Shown here one piece after another: positions 55,350-64,000 of a stretch of DNA of 64,000 bases. The stretch spans positions 20,544-84,543 of the forward strand of contig CAZRLL010000003.1 in the NCBI GenBank assembly GCA_964600735.1. Reading direction: 5' to 3'. Made by a program: the position numbers and the translations under genes. Origin of the DNA: an uncultured archaeon. Lineage in GTDB: Archaea; Asgardarchaeota; Heimdallarchaeia; Heimdallarchaeales; Kariarchaeaceae. The notes beneath the pieces were generated by a model, which saw only the letters and a program-made list of their open reading frames with translations, was not told where the DNA came from and made no database searches. How positions within the stretch are numbered: position 1 is the first letter of the stretch; each line of letters begins with the position of its first letter.

Positions 55350-56636
55350 TTGGTGGCCACTGGTCAAATTTATCATTATAAACGAAAAAAAAAATGGAAA
55401 TGTCTTCAAGGCTTTGAAATCACCCATGCCGGCGCTGATGAATCATCAGGTGATTTATTCGATCAATTTTGGTTCAAGCTCTCTTCATTAGTAAATTTCT
55501 TATCACTAAAAATATTCGATGGGTTATGCTATTTAGTAATTGGTTTATCAGGGGATTCAACAAATAATATAATTGAGAATATTAATTCCTTTCAGACAAT
55601 TTTTAAAAAAACAATTACGAATCACATTCCAAAAAACCTGATTTTAAAAAAAATCTCAGGACACCACCTGAATGCTGTATGGGGCAATTATAACTTAATC
55701 TCATCTAGCGACAATATTTTAACATTGCACCATAATGGAGTAAGCTTTTATCAAAAACAATTTAATTTTCACTCAATATCTCTTCATGGGAGCTTTTTTG
55801 AAAGTTTCAAAAAGATATGCACTACATCTGGTGTTTCAGTGCAAATTACTTCTATCAATTCTAAACGATCCCTAAATAATTATTTCTCAATGATAATCAA
55901 GTCTAAATCTAAAAATAACATTCATAACAAATTAAATAAAATTGTTGAGATATTGACTGAAGATACTAACATTAAAGGTAAAATTGATACCCTAAAATTT
56001 GACAAAATCAGGAAAATACCAATAAAATCTATTTTGGGTGTTCATGATCAACATATCAATAATAATGTTACGTCAAAAATAATCTCAATAATCCCTGGTT
56101 GTATAAATCTACCAATAAAAAAAAGGACAAAAAATGTTTTTCCATGGTTAGGAATAATAACAAATAAACAGATAAATTACCAAAGACAATCTGAAAATAC
56201 GATATCAGAAATTACTAAAATGGTGTCAATTCAAAAAGGGGGAAAAAAAATCGAACTCCATCAAAACGACTTAATCAAGAATACAGAAGTAAATAATTCG
56301 ATTATGAAGGTTACAAATGAAAATGAGTCTAATGAAAAAAAGATAATGGTTGAACGGATTGTTACAATTATGAAATCAAGTGGTTGGAAATATATTCATT
56401 TAGAAATACGAGCCAATTATTGCGAGATTAAATTTAACAAGGCAAACCTTGACATAAGCCTTTTCATATTTTCCAATTTACTTGAATCCCCACCTCATTG
56501 TTTATTAAATAAATCAATAATCTACTCTGACCCTGAAAATCTAATTGTCGGTGTAATTTATGAAGGAATTTGTACAAAGACATGGAAAAATCATTCATGG
56601 GATTTGATTAAATTATCAGAGTTTCTGAGTATCTAA
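55350..56636 (+). CDS. Hypothetical Asn/Lys-rich protein
   Basis: 428-aa ORF with a TTG (or GTG 55353) start and no internal Met for about 180 codons; no motif recognised. Confidence 0.45.
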   Translation: MVATGQIYHYKRKKKWKCLQGFEITHAGADESSGDLFDQFWFKLSSLVNFLSLKIFDGLCYLVIGLSGDSTNNIIENINSFQTIFKKTITNHIPKNLILKKISGHHLNAVWGNYNLISSSDNILTLHHNGVSFYQKQFNFHSISLHGSFFESFKKICTTSGVSVQITSINSKRSLNNYFSMIIKSKSKNNIHNKLNKIVEILTEDTNIKGKIDTLKFDKIRKIPIKSILGVHDQHINNNVTSKIISIIPGCINLPIKKRTKNVFPWLGIITNKQINYQRQSENTISEITKMVSIQKGGKKIELHQNDLIKNTEVNNSIMKVTNENESNEKKIMVERIVTIMKSSGWKYIHLEIRANYCEIKFNKANLDISLFIFSNLLESPPHCLLNKSIIYSDPENLIVGVIYEGICTKTWKNHSWDLIKLSEFLSI

Positions 56637-56668
56637 ATTTTATGAGTTCAAATTGACTCAAGGAATAA

Positions 56669-56938
56669 CTACTTTGAAAATTTCCGTTGGCCCTTTCTCT
56701 TTTGTAATACTACCGTTTTTCCCCGAATATCTAGCACATTCGATTTAGTTAGATTTGCTAATGTATTTGCCGCTTCTTTAACCGATTCAAAATTTTCCAT
56801 ACTCAAGAAACGAATTTTAATTATTCTTTTTTTTTTATACTGATTATCAATTTGATTTATTATACCATTTGTTAGTCCAGCCTTTCCAATGTGGACATGG
56901 ACCCTCCCATGTATAACTTGATTGAGAATCTCTTTCAC
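56669..56938 (-). CDS. CRM/YhbY-domain RNA-binding protein
   Basis: 89 aa; VHIGKAGLTNGIINQIDNQYKKKRIIKIRF fits the YhbY pattern iGk.Glt..v..ei...l..hELiKvk. Confidence 0.65.
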   Translation of the reverse strand: MKEILNQVIHGRVHVHIGKAGLTNGIINQIDNQYKKKRIIKIRFLSMENFESVKEAANTLANLTKSNVLDIRGKTVVLQKRKGQRKFSK

Positions 56939-57142
56939 ATTACAGGAATTGAGTGAAGTATTGATAAAGTAAAGGATAGTGATATAATAATGAGACTGAT
57001 CTAGTAAAGAAAAATAAAAAATTGAGAATGGCTCTAAAAGGTGATATGGAGGTTAAACACGATTTATCGTGTCCACTGTTTTCTATCTTTATTCGAAATC
57101 ATACATTCGAGTCTTTGGAGTTGAAATTGTTTATTCAAATAT

Positions 57143-57206
57143 AATGAATATTAATAAATTATATTGCCAATAAATTCGGATACTATTTATTATATTAATA
57201 TTCATT
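57143..57206. repeat. Perfect 14-bp inverted repeat upstream of the S19e operon
   Basis: AATGAATATTAATA (57143-57156) and TATTAATATTCATT (57193-57206), 36-nt spacer, about 90 bp upstream of the rps19e ATG. Confidence 0.6.
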
Positions 57207-57296
57207 GAAGTATTTAAACATTGAATCGATAGAATTATTTATCTAAGACTGATATATACTTAACTCGTATAAAATCATATTTACTAGGAGACTAAT

Positions 57297-57707
57297 ATGA
57301 CAACTGCATATGATGTGCCTGCAGCCAAACTAATAGAAACAATGGCTTCGGAATTAAAATCATTTACTGAAATACTACCCCCTACTTGGGCACCCTTTGT
57401 AAAAACTGGAGTTAGTCGTAAATTACCTCCTGAGGATCCTGATTGGTGGTATATTAGATCCGCGGCTGTTCTTCGCAAAGTATATATGAAAGGTCCATTA
57501 GGTACGAGACGCCTAAAAGCGTTTTTTGGGGGAAGAAAGAAACGAGGATCAAAGACTGAGAAATCAAGGTCCGGGAGCGGAAGTATAGCAAGACATGTAC
57601 TTCAACAATTAGAAAATGCACGTTTTGTTTCATCAGTTCCAAATGGAAGACAATTAACTGCTCGTGGAATGTCTTTCGTTGACGAAATTGCAAAAAAGTG
57701 TGTGTAA
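57297..57707 (+). CDS. rps19e: 30S ribosomal protein S19e
   Basis: 136 aa; YDVPAAKLIE...FVKTGVSRKLPPEDPDWWYIRSAAVLRKVY; GGAG about 8 nt upstream of the ATG. Confidence 0.92.
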   Translation: MTTAYDVPAAKLIETMASELKSFTEILPPTWAPFVKTGVSRKLPPEDPDWWYIRSAAVLRKVYMKGPLGTRRLKAFFGGRKKRGSKTEKSRSGSGSIARHVLQQLENARFVSSVPNGRQLTARGMSFVDEIAKKCV

Positions 57708-57738
57708 CATGTCACATTTCTACTGATGGGGTAATATT

Positions 57739-58095
57739 ATGAGTGATGAGCTGGAAAATCTCCGGAAAAAACGGTTGCAAGAATTACAAGATACAGCAAG
57801 CTCACAAGAAAATGAACGAGAGTTGGTAAGACAGCAAAAAGAAACCGGTGAATCTTTAGAGCAACAGAAACAATCAATACTAAGAGCAATACTCACTGAC
57901 AGTGCAAAACAACGGTTAAATAATATTAAGTTGGTAAAACCCCAAATGGCAGATGCAATTGAGAATCAATTAATTCAACTTTCACAATTAGGGCGTCTCC
58001 CAAGCGGTAAATTGAACGAAAAGCAGTTATTGCAAATGCTTAAACAGATTCAATCTGGAAAGAGAGAATCAACAATCAAATTTAAACGAGTCTGA
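57739..58095 (+). CDS. PDCD5/TFAR19-like DNA-binding protein
   Basis: 118 aa; LRKKRLQELQ ... ILRAILTDSAKQRLNNIKLVKPQMADAIENQLIQL. Confidence 0.8.
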   Translation: MSDELENLRKKRLQELQDTASSQENERELVRQQKETGESLEQQKQSILRAILTDSAKQRLNNIKLVKPQMADAIENQLIQLSQLGRLPSGKLNEKQLLQMLKQIQSGKRESTIKFKRV

Positions 58096-58100
58096 TCATA

Positions 58101-58256
58101 ATGGCAAGATATAAGCACTACCCACGTAAGAAAAGATATGCAAAAGCTTTAGTTAGTAATATGCCAGTTCCCACTTGGATTACTATGAAAACGAAACGAA
58201 GGGTTCGTCAGCATCCTGGAGAGAGGAATTGGCGAACACATACAATAAAGAGATGA
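58101..58256 (+). CDS. rpl39e: 50S ribosomal protein L39e (not in the supplied ORF track)
   Basis: Hand-translated 51 aa: MARYKHYPRKKRYAKALVSNMPVPTWITMKTKRRVRQHPGERNWRTHTIKR; matches the L39e pattern and the conserved S19e-PDCD5-L39e-L31e-aIF6 order. Confidence 0.85.
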   Translation: MARYKHYPRKKRYAKALVSNMPVPTWITMKTKRRVRQHPGERNWRTHTIKR

Positions 58257-58264
58257 TCGATTAG

Positions 58265-58636
58265 ATGTCACACCAAGTTGTTTTAGAGAGAACGTACACA
58301 ATTCCATTTTATCCAAAATTGAATAGTGTTCCACGGACAAAAAGAGCACCTCGCGCAATGAGAATTATTAAAGAGTTTCTAGTCAAACATATGAAGTCAG
58401 ATGATATATTGATTGATAACGAGGTTAATGAATATATCTGGTCAAGGGGAATACAAAAACCACCAAGAAAAATTTCTGTTAGAGTAATAAAAAGTGATGA
58501 TGATGTTGTGGAAGTATATCTCGTAGGCGTCGTACCTGAAGAAATTTTTACACCTGAAGGAGTCCCTGCTATCACTGAACCCTCTGAAGATGAAACAGAT
58601 ATTGATGAAGAAGATTTTGAAGAAGAGGAAGATTAA
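58265..58636 (+). CDS. rpl31e: 50S ribosomal protein L31e with acidic C-terminal tail
   Basis: 123 aa; RTYTIPF...PRTKRAPRAMRIIKEFLVKHMK...IWSRGIQKPPRKISVRV. Confidence 0.9.
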   Translation: MSHQVVLERTYTIPFYPKLNSVPRTKRAPRAMRIIKEFLVKHMKSDDILIDNEVNEYIWSRGIQKPPRKISVRVIKSDDDVVEVYLVGVVPEEIFTPEGVPAITEPSEDETDIDEEDFEEEED

Positions 58637-58657
58637 GTCAAGATTAGGTGGTAATAT

Positions 58658-59329
58658 ATGGAATTAAATTCCATCAATATTCTAGGAAATTCAAGCATAG
58701 GAATTTTTGGAATTGCCACTGATACTTACTCGATTTTTCCTAATAATATTAAAAAATCTTATCTCAGTCTAATAAAAGATGTGTTAAATGTTCCATACAT
58801 AAGTACTTCAATATCTAGTAGTCATTTAATTGGGTTGTTCACTGTAGGAAATTCGAATAATCTTCTTGTTCCAGGATTAACAAATGATGACGAAATAGTT
58901 GATTTGCAAAATCATTTGGACGGTATAGCAATTCATATTCTAGATTCAAAAATAACTGCCCTTGGTAATGCAATTGTCTGTACAAACGATGTAGCTCTAG
59001 TTCATCCAGAATTTACTATACATGAAAAGAAAGACATTGCAGATTTTCTGGATGTAGAAGTTGAGTCAAAATATTTTTTGAATAGTCCACTGGTGGGATC
59101 CATGATCTTTAGAAATGCACATGGTCTTTTAACTCACCCATTAATGCCAGAGGATGATATTAGATGGTTATCTGATTTTTTCAAGGTTCAGGGAGACGTT
59201 GTAACTGTGAATAGAGGAACTCCTTTTCCAAGACCTGGAATCATTGCAAATGTGAATGGAGTACTAGTTGGTAGTGATACTTCGGGTCCTGAATTAATGC
59301 GAATTTATGAAGTATTAGTTTCAAAATAA
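58658..59329 (+). CDS. eif6: Translation initiation factor 6 (aIF6)
   Basis: 223 aa; five-fold pseudo-repeat with GNSSIGIFG, VGNSNNLLVP, GNAIVCTND, VGSMIFRNAHGLL, VNGVLVG. Confidence 0.92.
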   Translation: MELNSINILGNSSIGIFGIATDTYSIFPNNIKKSYLSLIKDVLNVPYISTSISSSHLIGLFTVGNSNNLLVPGLTNDDEIVDLQNHLDGIAIHILDSKITALGNAIVCTNDVALVHPEFTIHEKKDIADFLDVEVESKYFLNSPLVGSMIFRNAHGLLTHPLMPEDDIRWLSDFFKVQGDVVTVNRGTPFPRPGIIANVNGVLVGSDTSGPELMRIYEVLVSK

Positions 59330-59344
59330 AAGTGAGTAAAAATA

Positions 59345-60451
59345 TTATCGATCCAAGTCGCCTACACAAAGGTCGATAGATCCCATGATTGCTGGAATAT
59401 CGGCTAATTTCCCGCCGGTAATAAGGGGAGTTAATGTCGACAGATTGTTAAATACGGGACTTTTAATTCTTACCCGGTACGGTTGAGCCGTCCCATCACT
59501 GAGAATGTAAAATCCAGCTTCACCTCTAGCACTTTCAATTCGTCTATAAATTTCACCTGCTGGTGGGCGTCGAGGTATTTTATCTAATCGAAATGGATCT
59601 GATGATTTTAATTCATTTAGTTTTAACATAGCTTGCCAGCAAAGATTAATGGATTCCTGCATTTCTTCGATTCTTACACGGTACCTCGAAAATGAGTCAC
59701 CTTCAGTACTGGTGGGTATTTTGAATTTTAACTCATCATATCCAAAATATGGATCATCTTTTCTTACATCATATGAGACTCCGCTAGCTCTTAACACTGG
59801 GCCTGTACAACCATAGTCCAGAGCTTTTTCTTTACTCAAGATGCCAATTCCCTCTGTTCTTACTCTGAATATTTGGGCTTCCTCTAATAAGTCAATAAAT
59901 TCTAAATGTAATCTTAGAAATTCTTCAAAGCTTTTATCCATGCGGTTTTCAAAATTTACAGGCAAATCTGCATACACGCCGCCGATCCGAACATAGTTAT
60001 AGGTCAATCGAGCTCCTGTAATTCTCTCCATCATGTCTAATATCAGTTCTCTTGCATTCATTGGGTAAATTAACATTGTTAGAGCACCAATATCAACACT
60101 CATAGCTGCCAACCATAAACAATGACTTGCAATTCTTTGTAATTCTAAGGTTAGTACTCTTATCCATTTCGCCTTTTCTGGGATTTCTAATTGGTAGATT
60201 CCTTCAATAGAGTAAGTGTATGATGCTGACCAACTGTGACTCTCAACATAACATAATCGGTCACAAATAGGGATTCCTTGCTCGTATGGTCTATTTGTTA
60301 ATAATTTTTCATATCCTCGGTGTAAATAACCAATCTGTGCATCTGCATCGATTATAGTCTCACCATCAATAGTTAATCTCATAGCCCATAAGCCATGCAT
60401 TGAGGGATGTTGTGGACCCATGAATAAATTCATTTCAGTTTTTTCTGACAT
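59345..60451 (-). CDS. nuoD: NADH-quinone oxidoreductase subunit D-like (NuoD/FpoD; NiFe ligands absent)
   Basis: 368 aa; GPQHPSMHG, GYLHRGYEKL; no N-terminal CxxC, and the C-terminus reads DLCVGDLDR instead of DPCxxCxxR. Confidence 0.88.
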   Translation of the reverse strand: MSEKTEMNLFMGPQHPSMHGLWAMRLTIDGETIIDADAQIGYLHRGYEKLLTNRPYEQGIPICDRLCYVESHSWSASYTYSIEGIYQLEIPEKAKWIRVLTLELQRIASHCLWLAAMSVDIGALTMLIYPMNARELILDMMERITGARLTYNYVRIGGVYADLPVNFENRMDKSFEEFLRLHLEFIDLLEEAQIFRVRTEGIGILSKEKALDYGCTGPVLRASGVSYDVRKDDPYFGYDELKFKIPTSTEGDSFSRYRVRIEEMQESINLCWQAMLKLNELKSSDPFRLDKIPRRPPAGEIYRRIESARGEAGFYILSDGTAQPYRVRIKSPVFNNLSTLTPLITGGKLADIPAIMGSIDLCVGDLDR

Positions 60452-60453
60452 AT

Positions 60454-60933
60454 TTATTCCTCCACATCCTCTAGTTTTCGATATCTAGGTTTTTTGTACA
60501 CATAATCTTCTCTTAATGGATGGCCCTCCCAATCATCAGGCATAATCAATCGTCTTAGATCCGGATGATTTTCAAATTTCACCCCCAACATGTCATAAGT
60601 TTCTCTTTCATGCCAATTAAATCCCTCCCATATTGTAGTTAAGGAGGGAACTACGGGATTGACTCGGTCTGTTTTTAAACGCAGGATCACTAGAATTGGT
60701 CCTTCAGGATATCCAATATGCCAAAGAACTTCAATATCTTCTTTATGATCAGTTCCGGTACAAAAGTTGGGATACACAAAACCTAATTCATGTTTCATAT
60801 AATTTGCGACATCTATTATTGTATCAGTCTCTAAATAGACATTAACTCTATGTTCGGGATCAATCCTTATTTCAGTGATCTTTGAACCGAATTCGCTAGT
60901 TAATTTTTCTGAAAACTCTTCATCCGTTACCAC
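60454..60933 (-). CDS. nuoC: NADH-quinone oxidoreductase subunit C-like
   Basis: 159 aa; WEGFNWHERETYDMLGVKFENHPDLRRLIMPDDWEGHPLREDY. Confidence 0.85.
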   Translation of the reverse strand: MVTDEEFSEKLTSEFGSKITEIRIDPEHRVNVYLETDTIIDVANYMKHELGFVYPNFCTGTDHKEDIEVLWHIGYPEGPILVILRLKTDRVNPVVPSLTTIWEGFNWHERETYDMLGVKFENHPDLRRLIMPDDWEGHPLREDYVYKKPRYRKLEDVEE

Positions 60934-60934
60934 T

Positions 60935-61333
60935 TTACATCCACCTTAATGCATTTCTTTTCCACCAGTACACAAAACCTATCATAAGTATTGACAAAAA
61001 TGAACCAGCAGCAATAATCCCTCGTAATTGAATTTCTTTGATTACAAGTGCCCAAACTAGTAAAAATGAGGAAACAACATCAAAAATTACAAAAACTAAC
61101 GCAAAGACATAATACTGAAAGTTAAATCGAGTGTGCGCATCACCAATTGGTACCTCACCACACTCATATGCAATAAATGCACTCAATCCTTCAACTTCGA
61201 TCCCCAACTTTCTTTTAGGAGCAAGAATTTTATTCAGCAAAACAAAAGCAAAAACTGTAACAACTCCAAGGCTTAGGAGGACGAAAAGAGAAATGTATTG
61301 TTCAAGTATTAATGATTGTGCCATATTCTGCAC
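60935..61333 (-). CDS. nuoA: NADH-quinone oxidoreductase subunit A-like
   Basis: 132 aa; three TM helices, YECGEVP, ...FQYYVFALVFVIFDV. Confidence 0.75.
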   Translation of the reverse strand: MQNMAQSLILEQYISLFVLLSLGVVTVFAFVLLNKILAPKRKLGIEVEGLSAFIAYECGEVPIGDAHTRFNFQYYVFALVFVIFDVVSSFLLVWALVIKEIQLRGIIAAGSFLSILMIGFVYWWKRNALRWM

Positions 61334-61580
61334 CTATTATGTTAAAAATTAGGATATAACAAACTCATATGCATGTCAACTACTCTTAAATTTTCGTTCT
61401 TCGGTCTTTAATAGTATCTTTAAATGCGCGAAAAAGTTTTCATCATTTTAACTTTAAATAATTCTGCAAAAATATTCAATAAATCAAGTTATTCGCACTG
61501 AAAATTCTAAATAAAATCCTTTATATGCAAAAACAAACACAATCAAAAAGGTCAATAGTTCAAATCCCGAATTTGTATTC

Positions 61581-62072
61581 TCAAGAAGAAATATTTACTG
61601 GTCTTTTGATAATCGATATAATATTGATTTCTCTGTCAATGGATAAATTTCTCAATTGTAGGGGACTGTAAGTATTTATTATTTCAAAATAATTTTTTAT
61701 TATGAAGGGCCCTATTATGTGCTCATCACCAATTAAAATTAATAGAAAAACAAAAGTTCCATTGGAATTTATTTTTTTATCATGAATGTGTAGATCGAAT
61801 ATTAGCCTTCTATCTCCACAAAGATAGCAGAAGATGCAGATTCCTTCCATAAATGAAAATTGTAATTTGCAGTTCACACATTGGACTGGTTCAGAATTAG
61901 TTTGATCAAGAATTACTATAAATTGATCCTCAGTGGCCATTGGATTTGTATTCAAAAATTTTGTGTAATATTTAACTGAATTTAGTAGACTAATCTTATT
62001 AAGAATCGGATGGGTTGTATCTTGGAGATGTTTTTTTAAATCATGTAGAGTCAAATAGTCAAGATTGGTCAT
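61581..62072 (-). CDS. Hypothetical protein with internal Cys cluster
   Basis: 163 aa; CVNC...CIFCYLC cluster; otherwise unrecognised. Confidence 0.4.
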   Translation of the reverse strand: MTNLDYLTLHDLKKHLQDTTHPILNKISLLNSVKYYTKFLNTNPMATEDQFIVILDQTNSEPVQCVNCKLQFSFMEGICIFCYLCGDRRLIFDLHIHDKKINSNGTFVFLLILIGDEHIIGPFIIKNYFEIINTYSPLQLRNLSIDREINIISIIKRPVNISS

Positions 62073-62167
62073 GAAAATAATTACAAATCATATATTTAAA
62101 TAGCTGAAATTAATCGATTTTGTTTCAATTTGAATAAAAATCGGATACCTTTGGAATAAATTAATTA

Positions 62168-63583
62168 TTGCCAAATATTATTTTGCAAGTGGATAAACCA
62201 ATAACTGCGGTTTCAATTGCTGTTGGTGATCGTGGAACTATTTATGGTCAATTTGCATTAAAATTCCCCCAGAAATTAAAAATCATTGCTGTCGCAGAGC
62301 CAAACGAAACTCGTCGAGAAAATTATGCAAGGATACACAAAATATCCAGTAATCATTGTTTTTCAGATTGGAAAGAGCTTCTAAATAGTAAACAAATTGC
62401 GAAAATTGCAATTATCGCAACACCAGATCAGGTACATTTTGAACCTGCAATTAAAGCGATGAAATTGGGGTATGATGTGTTATTAGAAAAACCGATGGCA
62501 GTCACTGTAGAAGATTGTATTGAATTGGTCAATACATCAAAAGAAACTGGAAAGATACTGCAAATTTGTCACGTATTAAGACATACCAAATTTTTCAGGA
62601 AAATTCATGAAATTATCAGATCTGGGAGGATAGGGAAAATCGTAAACATCTCTTTACGAGAGAATGTATCATATTTTCATTATGCCCATTCATTTATCAG
62701 AGGCAATTGGAACAATCGTTTAAAATCGAGCCCTATGATCCTTTCTAAATGTAGTCATGATTTTGATATATTATACTGGTTAATTAACGCAAATCCCTTA
62801 AAAATTAGCTCATTTGGATCGTTATCTCATTTCGGGAAAGAGAATGCTCCAAAAGGTACACCAAAAAGATGCTCTTTCGATTGTCCTGTTGCCTCCACAT
62901 GCCTTTATTTTGCATACAGAATTTACCTTGACATAATCCCTCTATTGCATGTATCAAAAAGAGGAGGAAATCTTTCTGAAAAGGTAAAATCAAAATTAAT
63001 TTTAAAATTCCCAAGTATTAGAAAGTTACCGCTTTTTAAGCAAATCGATAATTATTCGGGTTGGCCAGTTAGTGTAATTACTGAAGATTTTTCTAGAAAA
63101 GGAAAAATCAAGGCTTTAAATAATGGACCTTATGGCCGATGTGTCTATTTTGTTGATGATCACGATGTAGTGGACCACCAAACAGTAAACTTTGAATTTG
63201 AGAATGGTATAACTGCTACGCTAACAATGCAAGGTTATTCCCATGAAGAAGGGAGAACCATAAGGATAGATGGTAATAAAGGGACAATAATTGGTGAATT
63301 CTTGTTGTCCAAGCAAGAGATTGTCGTATATGATTCATTATCAGATTATAGAGAGGTAGTATTGAAATTTAAAATGTCAGATGGCCATGGGGGAGGTGAT
63401 GAGAAACTAATGGATGCTTTTATAAATTCAGTGATGGATAATAAGACACCAAACAACAGAGAATCAATAACAACTGCACAGGTGTCACTAATGTCTCATT
63501 TGATGGCTTTTGCATCGGATGAAGCCCGATTAAAAGATTTAATTATTAATCCAAATGATTATTTGAGTCAAACAAACTTTTAA
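62168..63583 (+). CDS. Gfo/Idh/MocA-family NAD(P)-dependent oxidoreductase
   Basis: 471 aa, TTG start; N-terminal Rossmann region (KIIAVAEPNETRRENYA), EKPMA motif, long C-terminal alpha/beta domain. Confidence 0.8.
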   Translation: MPNIILQVDKPITAVSIAVGDRGTIYGQFALKFPQKLKIIAVAEPNETRRENYARIHKISSNHCFSDWKELLNSKQIAKIAIIATPDQVHFEPAIKAMKLGYDVLLEKPMAVTVEDCIELVNTSKETGKILQICHVLRHTKFFRKIHEIIRSGRIGKIVNISLRENVSYFHYAHSFIRGNWNNRLKSSPMILSKCSHDFDILYWLINANPLKISSFGSLSHFGKENAPKGTPKRCSFDCPVASTCLYFAYRIYLDIIPLLHVSKRGGNLSEKVKSKLILKFPSIRKLPLFKQIDNYSGWPVSVITEDFSRKGKIKALNNGPYGRCVYFVDDHDVVDHQTVNFEFENGITATLTMQGYSHEEGRTIRIDGNKGTIIGEFLLSKQEIVVYDSLSDYREVVLKFKMSDGHGGGDEKLMDAFINSVMDNKTPNNRESITTAQVSLMSHLMAFASDEARLKDLIINPNDYLSQTNF

Positions 63584-63659
63584 TTCAATAAACAAATAAA
63601 ATCTGTACTTACTCAATAATAATTCTTTTCAGATTGAAATCATTACAAAATTTGAAATA

Positions 63660-64000
63660 ATGACATTAATCGGTGCTACAGCATTAAAAGAGCTACGCAA
63701 AAAAGAATGGCGAACATTATTAGCCGTTGAAATTGGAATGCGTCATAGTGAATATGTTGAACTGGAAACAATTGCAAAATATGCAGGATTTACTGTCTCC
63801 GATACCCAACAGTGGTTAAAAAAAAGTCATAAATTAAATCTGATCCATCGTTGGACTGGTCACTTTGTTGGTTATGAATTAACAATTCATGGCTATGACG
63901 CTTTAGCATTAAATACATTATATGAACAAGGCCATATAACAAGCATAGGCAGGGAAAAGGGAGTAGGGAAAGAATCCAAGATTTATTATGCTCTAGATAG
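63660..64000 (+). CDS. rio2: RIO-type serine/threonine kinase Rio2, N-terminal part (runs off the window)
   Basis: ATG 63660; N-terminal winged helix RTLLAVEIGMRHSEYVELETIAKYAG, then GYELTIHGYDALAL and GVGKESKIY (start of the kinase domain). Confidence 0.8.
   Translation, partial: MTLIGATALKELRKKEWRTLLAVEIGMRHSEYVELETIAKYAGFTVSDTQQWLKKSHKLNLIHRWTGHFVGYELTIHGYDALALNTLYEQGHITSIGREKGVGKESKIYYALD

Noticed and set aside
1-64000. CRISPR arrays, IS elements, integrases, prophage or defence islands, and tRNA-flanked att duplications
   Set aside because: No repeat-spacer periodicity was seen, and no transposase, integrase or capsid-like ORFs. I found no duplicated tRNA 3' halves near the three tRNA genes. 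The window reads as conserved core genome.

Overview
This is a strongly AT-rich archaeal chromosomal window. It looks like core genome: I saw no transposase, integrase, CRISPR array or prophage-like block. About 65 protein genes are supportable, plus one 23S rRNA gene and three tRNA genes. The informational genes are clearly archaeal: PolD DP2 and DP1, a multi-OB RPA, Orc1/Cdc6, Hef, FtsZ, ribosomal proteins L30e/L34e/S19e/L39e/L31e, aIF6, and Nob1/Nep1/Rio2/NOG1. Several genes look like eukaryotic signature proteins: two Arf-like small GTPases with an extra N-terminal domain, a longin/roadblock-like protein, an OSTC/DC2-like membrane protein and a gelsolin-like protein. Together these suggest an Asgard (Lokiarchaeia-like) genome, but that is inference from motifs, not a database hit.

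RNA genes:
- The 23S rRNA gene (minus strand, about 24090-27572) stands alone, with no 16S or 5S next to it.
- It is bracketed by a long processing helix.
- It carries a roughly 397-nt ORF-less insertion in the helix-89 loop. That insertion contains an internal imperfect copy of its own two junctions.
- All three tRNA genes are interrupted. tRNA-Leu(CAA) has two introns, one of them in the T-loop.

Metabolic oddities:
- a classical zwf-gnd pair
- a PfkA-family kinase with the PPi-type residue signature
- a nuoA-nuoC-nuoD stub with no nuoB

All functional calls rest on motifs read by eye from the translations. No searches or folding were run.
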